Positions 9,492 through 19,592 of a DNA stretch of 54,045 nucleotides are shown here, one piece after another. The notes beneath the pieces are model-generated. The model did no database searches, was not told where the DNA came from, and worked only from the letters and a program-made list of their open reading frames with translations. This DNA is from a virus. Its lineage: Duplodnaviria > Caudoviricetes. Both the position numbers and the translations under genes were made by a program. The stretch's first letter is position 1, and every line of letters starts with the position of its first letter. Location of the stretch: the IMG/VR virus record IMGVR_UViG_3300017971_000341, positions 1 through 54,045 of that record; one strand, written 5' to 3'.

Positions 9492-9893
9492 ATGAAGATT
9501 ATTTTGGATATGGACACGGAGTCTGGTCAATTGATCCCTATCTTTGGCATGAAGACACACGATCCAGTGGAGCTAGATCCAATGTTCTGGCTAGTCATGT
9601 CATGGCGTCAACAGAGGGCAAAAGACATAGTGCCAGCTCTAGTCAAATGCGTGCAACTCGTTCGTGATTACGGGGCCGGGAATCTATCGAAGGGTGAGAA
9701 GGAAAAAGCTAAGAATGCGGAGGAATTGGTCACGGAATTCCTCGTCCAGTGCGCAACGCACCCCAATGCTATTGTGTCTGTCAAGGTCCTAGAGGGTGAT
9801 CATGAGGTCATGGAGGATTGTGATTATTGTGATTGGCGAGCAGTCAACAACTCCCAGGGAGGATCACCAATCCTAGAAAGCTCAGGAAGCTAG
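9492..9893 (+). CDS. Hypothetical protein
   Basis: ATG with AAGGA RBS; first plus-strand gene. Confidence 0.6.
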   Translation: MKIILDMDTESGQLIPIFGMKTHDPVELDPMFWLVMSWRQQRAKDIVPALVKCVQLVRDYGAGNLSKGEKEKAKNAEELVTEFLVQCATHPNAIVSVKVLEGDHEVMEDCDYCDWRAVNNSQGGSPILESSGS

Positions 9894-9919
9894 GGGTACC
9901 CTGTACCAGGGTACCCCTA
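9891..9919. repeat. Perfect 13-bp inverted repeat upstream of the terminase small subunit
   Basis: TAGGGGTACCCTG-TAC-CAGGGTACCCCTA. Confidence 0.85.
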
Positions 9920-9945
9920 AAAAGCCCCAAGGAGGATTGGATTTA

Positions 9946-10452
9946 GTGGCCAAGCAAAGGACCAGTAGGAATCACAATATCAAGAGGAATAAGTACGCAA
10001 TCAAGAAGGTAAGGAAGCCCAAGGTATCACTATCCAAACCGAGGGTAATGAAGGCCATTCCAGGATCAGGGGGCAGGATCTCCACCATGGCACACAAGCT
10101 GGGGACCACGTACAAATCTCTCCATAGGGCACTAAGGAGACCAGCCTGGGAAGACGTCAGAGAGGCTATCCACGAGGAGAAGGAGAGACTAGCAGACGTT
10201 GCTGAGTTCACGATCGACGAAATGATCTCCCAGAGGCTAGATTTTCGTGTAGCTGCCAGTACAGCACGGTGGTACTTGGAACGGCTGCATTCTGATAGGG
10301 GCTACCAGGAGCGCAAGAACGTGACTCTGGAGGGCGGAGAACACCCGATTCGGGTTGAACAGAAGAGTCTGATAGCAGTGGCCAATCTGCCCCTGAATCT
10401 GCGTGTGCAATTGCTAGAGGAGCTGGATTCACGTGTCGAAGAAGAAGAGTAA
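9946..10452 (+). CDS. terS: Terminase small subunit (putative)
   Basis: HTH-like N-terminus, ARWYLER..DRGY motif, position before TerL. Confidence 0.65.
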   Translation: MAKQRTSRNHNIKRNKYAIKKVRKPKVSLSKPRVMKAIPGSGGRISTMAHKLGTTYKSLHRALRRPAWEDVREAIHEEKERLADVAEFTIDEMISQRLDFRVAASTARWYLERLHSDRGYQERKNVTLEGGEHPIRVEQKSLIAVANLPLNLRVQLLEELDSRVEEEE

Positions 10453-10762
10453 AGACGAACACACGGATCGGAAGATCAGGGAGTATCAGAATCCCAATTC
10501 TGGCTCCACGATCAATAAGTGCGTGATATGTCGGAGGAGAATTAAACCGATTCGACCATGGGATCAGGGAGGCTGTGAGATCTGTACTAATTGTATCCAG
10601 GGGGTGAGGGCTCGGTATCAGTGGGCTAGAGCCAAAAAGAGGAATCAACTACGCACTCTAGCCAGGGACAGCGTAGACAGGACTGATTACCACAAGGAAG
10701 CCCACAGAGTCCAAGGATTGGACGATCTGTTTTCCGCCCTGAAATCCAAACGAATCTACTAA
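10433..10762 (+). CDS. Hypothetical protein with two CxxC motifs
   Basis: CVIC and CTNC; coupled to TerL (TAATG). Confidence 0.55.
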   Translation: MSKKKSKDEHTDRKIREYQNPNSGSTINKCVICRRRIKPIRPWDQGGCEICTNCIQGVRARYQWARAKKRNQLRTLARDSVDRTDYHKEAHRVQGLDDLFSALKSKRIY

Positions 10763-12201
10763 TGCACTATGATCCCATAGAGCTTGAATCTAGCGTCTGT
10801 CGAGACAGTCTATGGCAATTCGTGCGTAGGTTTTGGCCCACAGTGATCCCGGAGAATCTAATCTACAATTGGCATATGGAGGCTCTGTGCAACGTTCTCC
10901 AGGAGGCTGCTGAGAGGGTCTTCCAAGGAGAGAGGAGGAGGCATGATTTGGTGGTCAACATTCCTCCTGGTACATCCAAGTCGTCGATTGTCTCTGTCTT
11001 CTTTCCCGCGTGGTGTTGGATTCGAATGCCGTCCTGCAAGACAATCTGTACCTCCTACTCCTATCACCTAGCTATGGATCTCTCTCGCAAGAGCAGAGAC
11101 GTGGTGCAGAGTGACAAATGGATCAGGCTGTTCGGGGATATCCAGCTCAGGGAGGACCAGAATACAAAGGGGTACTTTGCGAATGCTCATGGCGGATCTA
11201 GGTACGCAGTGGGCACCAATGGAACTGTGACCGGATTCCATGGGCACTTTTTGATTATCGACGATCCTATAGACCCTCACGGGGTGATTTCAAAGCCGGT
11301 ACTCGACACAGCAAATAGATTCACAACTGAGACGCTAGCCACCAGGAAGATTGACAAGGCGATCACAGTTACGATCCTGGTAATGCAACGACTCCACCAA
11401 TCAGATCCAGCTGCAGAAATGCTCAAGCGAGGCAAGACAGGAGGGGGAGACGTTTGGCATATCAATCTGCCAGCTGAGATCCTGGAGGGGAGAGAGGAGG
11501 ACGTCAGACCACAGGATTACCTTAGTCACTACCAAGACGGTTTGCTGGATCCAGCCAGACTCCCTCGAGAGGTCCTCAAGCAAATGGAAATCAACATGGG
11601 GCCATTTGCTTACGCTGGGCAAATGCTGCAGACCCCGGTACCCCGTGGTGGAGGCATGTTCTCCACCGAGAAGATTGAGATCGTCGATCCTCCAGTTCGA
11701 TTCAAGAGGAGGATTAGGTACTGGGACAAAGCTGGATCTAAGGACACTGGGGCATATACAGTTGGTGCTCTGATTGGATTGGACATGACGGGGAGGTATT
11801 GGATCCTGGACGTGGTGAGAGGACAGTGGGAGGTCCACGCCAGGGAAGCCAAGATCCTACAGACAGCACAAGCAGACGGGGCAGACGTTGAGATAGGGGT
11901 AGAGCAGGAGCCCGGATCTGGTGGCAAGGATTCAATGACACTCACTATCCAGAATCTAGCGGGATTCCGTGTCAAGGCTGATCGACCGACAGGGGACAAG
12001 ATCCTCCGAGCGGAGCCATTCGCCGGCCAAGTGAACGGAGGCAACGTCTACATGGCTCCTGGTCTTTGGAATCGATTCTATCTGGACGAGCTGCAGTACT
12101 TCCCCCACTCAGCCACTAAGGATCAGGTGGACGCGTCGAGTGGTGGATTCAATCTACTCACCAAGATCAGAACGAGAGTGGGTGGTTTGTGTTTGAGATA
12201 G
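10762..12201 (+). CDS. terL: Terminase large subunit
   Basis: NIPPGTSKS Walker A, LIIDDP Walker B, MQRLH, RYWDKA and DQVDA nuclease motifs. Confidence 0.95.
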   Translation: MHYDPIELESSVCRDSLWQFVRRFWPTVIPENLIYNWHMEALCNVLQEAAERVFQGERRRHDLVVNIPPGTSKSSIVSVFFPAWCWIRMPSCKTICTSYSYHLAMDLSRKSRDVVQSDKWIRLFGDIQLREDQNTKGYFANAHGGSRYAVGTNGTVTGFHGHFLIIDDPIDPHGVISKPVLDTANRFTTETLATRKIDKAITVTILVMQRLHQSDPAAEMLKRGKTGGGDVWHINLPAEILEGREEDVRPQDYLSHYQDGLLDPARLPREVLKQMEINMGPFAYAGQMLQTPVPRGGGMFSTEKIEIVDPPVRFKRRIRYWDKAGSKDTGAYTVGALIGLDMTGRYWILDVVRGQWEVHAREAKILQTAQADGADVEIGVEQEPGSGGKDSMTLTIQNLAGFRVKADRPTGDKILRAEPFAGQVNGGNVYMAPGLWNRFYLDELQYFPHSATKDQVDASSGGFNLLTKIRTRVGGLCLR

Positions 12202-12380
12202 ACATGGATCAAAAGAGAGCTGTGTTTCTAATGCAGGAATACGCCAAATTCATGGGGATCGAATCACGATTCCTGTCAACACATGAGGTCCTCACGAGTC
12301 TAGAGGATCCAGAGATTCAAGACCTACTCGGGTCGGAGGTGGCAGCAATGTATCGAGCAGCAGCAGAAGCATTGAGGTAG
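12189..12380 (+). CDS. Hypothetical protein
   Basis: Fills the gap between TerL and portal. Confidence 0.5.
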   Translation: MFEIDMDQKRAVFLMQEYAKFMGIESRFLSTHEVLTSLEDPEIQDLLGSEVAAMYRAAAEALR

Positions 12381-12385
12381 ACGCC

Positions 12386-13804
12386 ATGAACAACACCACT
12401 CCTACTTTCCAATCAGTCATAGACAGACTGGATCCGACAGCTAGACACTTGATCGAGAATTCACTGATCTCGAGGTCCACTCTCCTGACTGAGTTATTCG
12501 ATTCCAGAAGGGATATCGATATCGAATGTGGCTATCCGAAGGACATAACGGCAGCCATGTTTCGATACCTATACGACAGGGAGGGAATTGGACACAGGGT
12601 TGTTTCTGTCATGCCGGAGGAGTGCTGGTCTCATGATCCAGAGGTGCGTGAGAATGAGGATCCAGAGGAGACGCCATTTGAAGAGGCGTGGAATGTCTTG
12701 CAGAGCAAAAAGAATCTCTGGCACTATCTCCACAGGGTAGACGAGCTGTCAGGGATCGGCAGATTTGGAGTCTTGCTACTGGGGCTCTCTGACGGATTGG
12801 ATCTATCGGAGCCTGTTGCAGGAATCAACGAGCGTGGAGAGAAGGTAGAGGGCCCAGAGGGGCTGCAGGTGCTCTACGTTCGGGCCTTCGACGAATCGGT
12901 GGCCACAGTGGACAGACGGGAGGTAGACGAACGCAACCCAAGATTCGGACAACCTACCCAGTACACTCTCACCTTCCGCGATATGGAGGAGGGAGGAGGA
13001 TCAGCGACCCACATTACCCGGAGGGTCCACTGGTCCAGAGTGATCCATGTAGCGGACAACAGACAGACGTCAGAGATCTACGGCACTCCTCGAATGCAGG
13101 TGGTCTACAATCGGATCTACGACATTCGGAAGATCCTGAGCGGGTCCGGTGAAATGTTTTGGAAGGGAGCATTCCCTGGCTACTCATTCGAGGTGAATCC
13201 AGACATTGTGGATCCGACTTTGGACACAGACACCCTGAGAGACGAGCTAGCCAATTGGGCGAATGGATTGCAAAGGTACTTCGCTGTCCAGGGTGTATCC
13301 GCCAAGAGTCTAGCTCCTCAAGTAGCGGATCCAAGCAACCACATAGAGGCACAGCTAGAGAATATTGCGATCACGCTCGGGATTCCTAAGAGAATCCTAT
13401 TCGGGTCGGAGCAGGCAAAGCTGGCCTCCTCTCAGGACGTGAGGACGTGGAATCGTAGACTGTGGAGGAGACAGACCAAGTATCTCACGCCCATGTTGAT
13501 CAGCCCACTGGTGGAGCGTCTGATCTATATAGGAGTACTGCCAGAGCCAGCAGACGGACCAGACGCTTACGAGGTTGTATGGCCTGATCTCAACACTCTG
13601 TCCGACGAGGAGTGGGCAATCGTAGCTGAGAGGACGGCCAAGACTCTTGCCACGTACATTCAAGCCGGGGTCGATCAGGTGGTTCCTCCTGCCGAATTCC
13701 TGTCTATGATCATGGGCAGGGACGTTGAGGAGGTAAAGCAAATCATGAAGGCTGCCAAAGCCTACGCGTTTGGGGAGGACGACGCAGAAGACGAGGAGGA
13801 GTAA
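12386..13804 (+). CDS. Portal protein (DUF1073-like)
   Basis: 472 aa after TerL; VHWSRVIH, GIPKRILFGSE, VVWPDL. Confidence 0.85.
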   Translation: MNNTTPTFQSVIDRLDPTARHLIENSLISRSTLLTELFDSRRDIDIECGYPKDITAAMFRYLYDREGIGHRVVSVMPEECWSHDPEVRENEDPEETPFEEAWNVLQSKKNLWHYLHRVDELSGIGRFGVLLLGLSDGLDLSEPVAGINERGEKVEGPEGLQVLYVRAFDESVATVDRREVDERNPRFGQPTQYTLTFRDMEEGGGSATHITRRVHWSRVIHVADNRQTSEIYGTPRMQVVYNRIYDIRKILSGSGEMFWKGAFPGYSFEVNPDIVDPTLDTDTLRDELANWANGLQRYFAVQGVSAKSLAPQVADPSNHIEAQLENIAITLGIPKRILFGSEQAKLASSQDVRTWNRRLWRRQTKYLTPMLISPLVERLIYIGVLPEPADGPDAYEVVWPDLNTLSDEEWAIVAERTAKTLATYIQAGVDQVVPPAEFLSMIMGRDVEEVKQIMKAAKAYAFGEDDAEDEEE

Positions 13805-14334
13805 TGTCAGGGGTAGAGGGAGTTTGGTTAGATCTGATTCGACACACCAAACCCGAGACAGTCCTGGATATTGGGTGTAGGGATCTGAGGTCCACCAGAG
13901 CCATAGCGGATCTGATTGGAGAAGGATACAGAGGGGTGGACGTTGACGCGGAGGCGATAGCCAGAGCTGGAGACTCGAGGTGTTTTGCTGTTGGTCGCAA
14001 GGATTTCGGTCTGTCTTTGGGCATGCAATTCGACATGATTCTGCTCTCCTGTGTCGTCTACCACCTCACCAATGATTTGGTGACTCTGCTTTTTATGGCT
14101 CTTCCGGAGCTGCTGACGAAGGACGGAATCGCCTGGCTGAACGTCAACACTGTGATCCCGGAGGCGTCGTGGAATGGATTGCCATTCGTCAGGAGGTCCG
14201 TCGGATTCTACAAGGGACTAGCAGAGTTCAATCAGCTTAGGCTGAATGACGTTGGGTGTCTTTCTGATTGGGGGTACACGCTGTCCAGGAGTACAGCCAG
14301 CAATCGTTTGCTGATTGTGAGGAGGAAGGTGTGA
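13804..14334 (+). CDS. Class I SAM-dependent methyltransferase
   Basis: VLDIGC, YRGVDVD, FDMILLSCVVYHL. Confidence 0.75.
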   Translation: MSGVEGVWLDLIRHTKPETVLDIGCRDLRSTRAIADLIGEGYRGVDVDAEAIARAGDSRCFAVGRKDFGLSLGMQFDMILLSCVVYHLTNDLVTLLFMALPELLTKDGIAWLNVNTVIPEASWNGLPFVRRSVGFYKGLAEFNQLRLNDVGCLSDWGYTLSRSTASNRLLIVRRKV

Positions 14335-14813
14335 GTGTCATTTGGATCACAGGCTATCCGGGGTCTGGCAAGACGACCTTAGCGAAACGTTTGTCTTTGG
14401 ACGTCTATCGCATTGTGATTCTGGACGGGGACGAATTGCGAGAGTGTTGGGGGAATCTTGGATTCTCTGCGACGGATAGATTTGCTCAAGCTCTCAGAGC
14501 TGCGCATTTGGCCAAGATCCTAGCTAGACAGGGGGAGATCCCTGTAGTGTCTCTGGTCTCACCGGACGCTGCAGCCAGGAGGACAGCCAGTGAGATCATA
14601 GGACCAATCGGATTGATCATGGTCCACCTCGCAACGCCTCTCGAGGAGTGCAAGAGGCGGAAGCCAAGCGTCTACGAGAATCCTCCATACGCAATAGAGA
14701 ATGTCTACGAGCCACCACAGTACCCTGACGTGCGTCTGTCTGGGTGTGAGAGTGTTGGGGAAGCTTCCAGGCGGATTTGGCGATACATGTCTGGTCTCGA
14801 GGAAGACGAGTAA
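14331..14813 (+). CDS. cysC: Adenylylsulfate (APS) kinase
   Basis: IWITGYPGSGKTT P-loop, LDGDELR, LGFSATDR, VSP..AR, TPLEECKRR, YEPP..PD; GTG start overlaps the previous stop. Confidence 0.85.
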   Translation: MSVIWITGYPGSGKTTLAKRLSLDVYRIVILDGDELRECWGNLGFSATDRFAQALRAAHLAKILARQGEIPVVSLVSPDAAARRTASEIIGPIGLIMVHLATPLEECKRRKPSVYENPPYAIENVYEPPQYPDVRLSGCESVGEASRRIWRYMSGLEEDE

Positions 14814-15778
14814 TGCCACTGCGATCTGATCCGACCAGGACCACAATGCTGCGTCGTCAATTTGTGGCTGACATGCGACGTCGATTCAAGTCGATCGCTA
14901 AGAGCGTTAGAGAGCTGGTTGTAGATCTTGACGTGTTCGGGTTGAGTGGTCCTGTGTCCTTTCTCCAGGCGGTGTCTCCTGGGGTTTGGAGATTCAGGAC
15001 CGACCCACAGAAGGTCCAGGCTTTTAGGGATTGGCTGCAGGAACAAGTAGACCGGAAGATCCTCACGGTAGACCACACAGGCAAGCCATGGACCGCTTCC
15101 TATATCGACAGCGCATACCGGAAGGGAGTAGTCCGAGCATTTGAGGACGTGCGGAAGGAGGCTCTGTCGGAGGGCGCAGATTTCTACGCGGGCACCAAGG
15201 AGGAATTTCTGCGATCTGCTTTCGCGCAGCCAGAACGGCTCTCCAAGATTGAGTTGCTGGCTACCAGAGCGTTTGAGGATCTACGTGGTGTTGGATCTAC
15301 TATGGGCCAGCAGCTCTCGAGAGAGCTGGCGTCTGGTTTGGCTCACGGTCTGAATCCCATGACGATTGCTAAGGGCATGACAGAGCGGATTGGCAATCTG
15401 ACCAGGACGAGAGCGGAGCTGATTGCGCAAACGGAGATCATAGCGGCACACGCGGAAGGGCAATTAGATTCGTTCCAGGATCTTGGAGTAGAGGAGGTGG
15501 GGGTTTTGGCAGAGTGGAGTACAGCAGGAGACGACAGAGTGTGTGAGCGGTGCGGGGCAATGGAGGGTCAGCTTCTCACTATCGAGGAAGCTAGAGGAAT
15601 GATTCCAATCCACCCAAGATGCCGTTGCACATGGATACCCTCTACAGTGGCACGAGCCAAGGACCGCAAGAAGAATTTGCTGGCAGCTGTGAAGGGATCG
15701 ATCAGAGCCGAACGCAAGAAGGGATCTCTGAAACAAGCAATAGCCAAGTCCACATGGGCTGGCAAGAATCTGTTATAG
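14813..15778 (+). CDS. Head morphogenesis protein (SPP1 gp7 / Mu F family)
   Basis: RAELIAQTE, WSTAGDDRVCERC, PIHPRCRC. Confidence 0.9.
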   Translation: MPLRSDPTRTTMLRRQFVADMRRRFKSIAKSVRELVVDLDVFGLSGPVSFLQAVSPGVWRFRTDPQKVQAFRDWLQEQVDRKILTVDHTGKPWTASYIDSAYRKGVVRAFEDVRKEALSEGADFYAGTKEEFLRSAFAQPERLSKIELLATRAFEDLRGVGSTMGQQLSRELASGLAHGLNPMTIAKGMTERIGNLTRTRAELIAQTEIIAAHAEGQLDSFQDLGVEEVGVLAEWSTAGDDRVCERCGAMEGQLLTIEEARGMIPIHPRCRCTWIPSTVARAKDRKKNLLAAVKGSIRAERKKGSLKQAIAKSTWAGKNLL

Positions 15779-15791
15779 GGGAGGACTGATT

Positions 15792-16085
15792 GTGGGAGAG
15801 ACGAAGGAAGATTTGAAGGTGTTGGAGGGAGACAACGAAGAGCTGAAGCCTATAGAGGCTCTGCATATCGGTTTTGTAAATCTGTGCGAGCAGTACAAGA
15901 ACATGGGGGATCAGCTAATGTTCCTGGGCAACGTCCTCCACATGGTCACGCAGCAACTACCAGAGGAGGACAGCTTGCGAGTCGAGGTAGTCCAGAAAGG
16001 ATCTCCAGCATTCCAAGAACTCAAGCGAGACAAATTCATGATCAAACATGGTATTGGTAGGGGCAGGAAGGGGAGGAGCCTGTGA
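15792..16085 (+). CDS. Hypothetical protein
   Basis: GGAGG RBS, in operon. Confidence 0.55.
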   Translation: MGETKEDLKVLEGDNEELKPIEALHIGFVNLCEQYKNMGDQLMFLGNVLHMVTQQLPEEDSLRVEVVQKGSPAFQELKRDKFMIKHGIGRGRKGRSL

Positions 16086-16297
16086 ATGAGTACGATCGAG
16101 GCAGGAAACAGAAGGCTCAAATGATCTGGATTGAGAGCATGTTGGCCACTGTGCAAGTAAAGCGGTGGTATGGTTCTCTGATTCTGAAAGTAGAGGACGG
16201 CATGATTCGAAGGGTGGTCAAAGAGGAGTCAATAATGCCCCCGTCCGACAGAGTGGGCAAGGGGAATCTTGCACGGAGTGGGAGGTCTCGGGTATAG
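16082..16297 (+). CDS. Small protein, DUF2292-like
   Basis: WYGSLILKVEDG..VKEES pattern. Confidence 0.5.
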   Translation: MNEYDRGRKQKAQMIWIESMLATVQVKRWYGSLILKVEDGMIRRVVKEESIMPPSDRVGKGNLARSGRSRV

Positions 16298-16336
16298 TAG
16301 AAGATTGACGTATCGAATATCTGGTAGGTACCTCAC

Positions 16337-16371
16337 AAGAGGGCTCGGTTTTCGGGCCCTCTTTTCTTTTT
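16337..16371 (+). terminator. Rho-independent terminator before the head protease gene
   Basis: AAGAGGGCTCG-GTTTT-CGGGCCCTCTT followed by TTCTTTTT. Confidence 0.8.
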
Positions 16372-16381
16372 GGGGGGAGGA

Positions 16382-18067
16382 ATGGGAAGACAGGCAGCAT
16401 TACTAGTTACAAATGAGGATCAAACGGAGAACGCAGTCTGGTCCACCAAGTACGTCAATGATCTGCCGGATTCTGCCTTTCTCCATGTCGAGTCTGGTGG
16501 CAAGAAGGACGAGGAAGGTAAGACCACTCCCAGGACCCTACGTCACTTCCCCTACAAGGATCAGAATGGAGAGGTGGACCTCCCGCACCTCAGGAATGCA
16601 CTAGCCAGGATTCCTCAGTCGAGTCTGTCTCAGGCCGTGAAGGACAAGACCACAGCGAAGGCAGAGAAGATCCTCGAGGAACAAAAGAAGAAGGCCACAA
16701 CTAATCAATTCTGCGTGGTCACTCTAAATTTGCAGGGAGCCAAGATCAGCTACAGGAAGCTCCAAGGCAATCAGTACTTGGTCGTGCCTATGGTCATGCT
16801 GGTAGAGGGAGTCCATGCAGGATCGAATGGCCCTCTGCTCTATCTTGGAGAGGACCTCTCCAAGACTCCAGAGATTTGGAATCACAAACCTGTAGTGGTC
16901 TACCACCCCCAAGACAATGGGGTGGGGATTTCTGCGTGCTCTCCTGACGTCCTCGAGGCTCAGGGCGTAGGAATGATCATGGGAGCCAAGTACGAAGGAG
17001 GGAAGCTCAAAGCAGAAGCATGGCTTGAAGAGGATCGCCTGGAGAAGGTAGACGATAGGGTTTTGGAGGCTCTCCGAAACGGAGAAATGATCGAGCTATC
17101 TACGGGTCTCTACACAGACGTGGAGTCCACAGAGGGGGATTGGAATGGTGAGAAGTATGTAGCGATAGCCCGAAACTATCGACCAGACCACTTGGCAATC
17201 CTCCCTGACTTGGTGGGGGCGTGCTCGATCGCTAAGGGTGGTGGGCTGCTCCGCAATGAGCAATCACACGACACGATCAGGGCGGACCTCTGCAGGGTTT
17301 TGCAGGACGAGCTGAATCACAATGATTGGTGGATTGACGCGGTTTTCTCTGACTTCGTGGTCTACTGCTCAAGCAACAAACTATACAAGCGTGGGTATTC
17401 GTCCACCGACACGGGGGTCTCTCTATTGGAGGGGGACCCGGTGGAGGTGGTGAGGGTGACTGAGTACCGTTCGGTGGACGGTCAGTACATAGGCAATGTG
17501 GAGGAGAGATCAGGCATGGACAAGGAGTTGTTTGTGGGCGATCTGATCTTGAATGGGGCATGGGAGGAGTCGGATCGACCCTTCCTCATGTCTCTGGAAG
17601 AGGATCAGCTGAAGAAGATCGGCCCCAAGAAGGATCCGACCGTGAACGAGGAACCTAAGACCAAGGACGAGGATCTGCCCAAGGAGGATCCAGTAGCCAA
17701 CAAGAGACCGAAGGAGGAATCAGTGAATAAGAGTCTCACGGTGGCGGACTACATTGCCAATGCGCCAGACGGAATTCGGGACATGCTGGCGTCTGGCCTC
17801 AGGGCTCACGAGGCAGAGAGGATTCGTCTGTCTGCTGTGATCAGCGCGAACGAGAAGAACACGTTCACGTCGGAGCAGCTTGAGGGCATGAATCTGGAGA
17901 CTCTCCAGGCAGTGGCCAATCTGGCTCGCGGTAAGCAGGAACAGGAGGAGAGCCTGTCTGTTCCTTCGTTCGCGGGACTGGCAGACGCTCTCATGGGGAA
18001 TCGGGGCGACACTAAGATCGAGCCTCTGAATCCTCCGGTCATGAACTTTGAAACGGCTGCCAAGTAG
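16382..18067 (+). CDS. Prohead protease/scaffold (DUF2213-like) with an extra N-terminal domain
   Basis: WNHKPVVVYHP, ELSTGL, PDHLAILPD..GACS; N-terminal DLPDSAF..RHFPYKD module. Confidence 0.8.
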   Translation: MGRQAALLVTNEDQTENAVWSTKYVNDLPDSAFLHVESGGKKDEEGKTTPRTLRHFPYKDQNGEVDLPHLRNALARIPQSSLSQAVKDKTTAKAEKILEEQKKKATTNQFCVVTLNLQGAKISYRKLQGNQYLVVPMVMLVEGVHAGSNGPLLYLGEDLSKTPEIWNHKPVVVYHPQDNGVGISACSPDVLEAQGVGMIMGAKYEGGKLKAEAWLEEDRLEKVDDRVLEALRNGEMIELSTGLYTDVESTEGDWNGEKYVAIARNYRPDHLAILPDLVGACSIAKGGGLLRNEQSHDTIRADLCRVLQDELNHNDWWIDAVFSDFVVYCSSNKLYKRGYSSTDTGVSLLEGDPVEVVRVTEYRSVDGQYIGNVEERSGMDKELFVGDLILNGAWEESDRPFLMSLEEDQLKKIGPKKDPTVNEEPKTKDEDLPKEDPVANKRPKEESVNKSLTVADYIANAPDGIRDMLASGLRAHEAERIRLSAVISANEKNTFTSEQLEGMNLETLQAVANLARGKQEQEESLSVPSFAGLADALMGNRGDTKIEPLNPPVMNFETAAK

Positions 18068-18082
18068 GAAAGGAGGCAAGCT

Positions 18083-18517
18083 GTGGCTGACAATCAGATT
18101 CAACTGAGTGGCGATTACATTCGGGAGGAGGCTCTAGCTTCCGGGACCGTCTCTCCGGGAATGCTCTTGGAGCTGACCAGTGCCACGGCAGACACCGTGA
18201 AGGCTCATGCCACGCAGGGTGGAGAGCATGAACGGGCGTTTGCGGTGGAGGACAGCCTCCAGGGCAATGAGATAACGGACGATTACGCGAATGGAGCCCT
18301 GGTCCAGTACAACATTGTGCAGCCTGGTGCACGAGTCCAGGCTTTGCTCAAAGCTGGCGAGAGTGTCACCAAGGGTGACACTCTGATCAGTGGCGGGGAC
18401 GGGACCTTGATAGGTGATACGGGCAGTCCAGTTCAGAAGACTGCCATTGCTTTGGAGACCTTGGACCTGTCTGCTTCGGGCTCGTCCAACACGCTAATGG
18501 ACGTTCGAGTCCTGTAG
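18083..18517 (+). CDS. Capsid decoration/cement protein
   Basis: 144 aa between protease and MCP; PG..L, V.KGD.L, AIALE. Confidence 0.65.
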   Translation: MADNQIQLSGDYIREEALASGTVSPGMLLELTSATADTVKAHATQGGEHERAFAVEDSLQGNEITDDYANGALVQYNIVQPGARVQALLKAGESVTKGDTLISGGDGTLIGDTGSPVQKTAIALETLDLSASGSSNTLMDVRVL

Positions 18518-18532
18518 GAAGGGAGCAGAACC

Positions 18533-19579
18533 ATGGATTACATTCTGAACGGACAGGGAATGGGTGACGTCGCCTCGACGTTGATTCGGAACGGCATGGA
18601 CCCTGGAGTCCTCCGGCCATTTGAGGCACAGGACGGTAGGACGTACGTGACGCGCAACGGGATTGCAGTTCCGGTACTGAATGCTACTGCGAGCCTCAGA
18701 AGGGACGACTGGATTCAGATCGATCGGTCTGTGATCAAGGCTGCGCAACCTCGATTGAAGGCTGTGAGCGATCTTCGATCCCGTGGTCTCGAGTACACAA
18801 TCCCCAATGGTATGGGGAGGATAACTCTTGATCACGAGAAGATGGGCGACATTTCCGACGCGGCAATCAGCATGGACGGCATGCGAGAATCGAAGTCGGA
18901 TCAGCCTCAATTCGATCTGTCGAGTATTCCTCTTCCGATCATCCACAAGGACTTCCAATTGTCGGCGCGACAGGTCATGGCCTCGCGCAACGGTGGCAGT
19001 CCTTTGGATACGACGGGAGCGGAGTTGGCTGGTCGGAAGGTGGCAGAAAGTGCGGAGAAGCTGTTGATCGGTGCTCTCAGCACGTACACCTTTGGCGGAG
19101 GTACGATCTACGGCTACAAGAATTTCGCCAGTGCTTTGACCCGGACGATTACGTCTCCGACGGCATCTGGCTGGTCGGCTGCCACGACCCTGACCGAGGT
19201 CCTGCAAATGAGGCAGGACGCTTACGACGCGTATCACTACGGTCCGTTCGTGCTGTACGCGAGTCCTGCGTGGGATGTGTACATGGATGCAGATTACTCC
19301 ACTCAGTATCCAGGAGTGACCTTGCGCCAACGGATCCAGAATGTGGAGGAAATCGAGGTTTGCAGGACTCTGGATTACCAGGGGACTGGCTACACCTTGA
19401 TCCTCGTGCAGATGACCTCAGACGTCGCGCGCATGCTGATTGGTATGGAGATCCAGACCGTCCAGTGGGAGTCCAAGGGTGGAATGCAGCTCAATTTTAA
19501 GGTGATGGGCATTCTGGTGCCTCACCTGCGAGCTGATATCAACGGCAACACTGGGATTGTTTACGGGAGCACTGCGTAG
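18533..19579 (+). CDS. Major capsid protein (HK97 fold, encapsulin/Linocin-M18-like)
   Basis: IPLPIIHKDFQLSARQ..ASR..PLDT motif; 348 aa; canonical position. Confidence 0.88.
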   Translation: MDYILNGQGMGDVASTLIRNGMDPGVLRPFEAQDGRTYVTRNGIAVPVLNATASLRRDDWIQIDRSVIKAAQPRLKAVSDLRSRGLEYTIPNGMGRITLDHEKMGDISDAAISMDGMRESKSDQPQFDLSSIPLPIIHKDFQLSARQVMASRNGGSPLDTTGAELAGRKVAESAEKLLIGALSTYTFGGGTIYGYKNFASALTRTITSPTASGWSAATTLTEVLQMRQDAYDAYHYGPFVLYASPAWDVYMDADYSTQYPGVTLRQRIQNVEEIEVCRTLDYQGTGYTLILVQMTSDVARMLIGMEIQTVQWESKGGMQLNFKVMGILVPHLRADINGNTGIVYGSTA

Positions 19580-19592
19580 GCTAGACAAGGAT

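Noticed and set aside
18533-19579. Encapsulin nanocompartment or linocin bacteriocin
   Set aside because: Context with terminase, portal and protease shows it is the phage capsid protein
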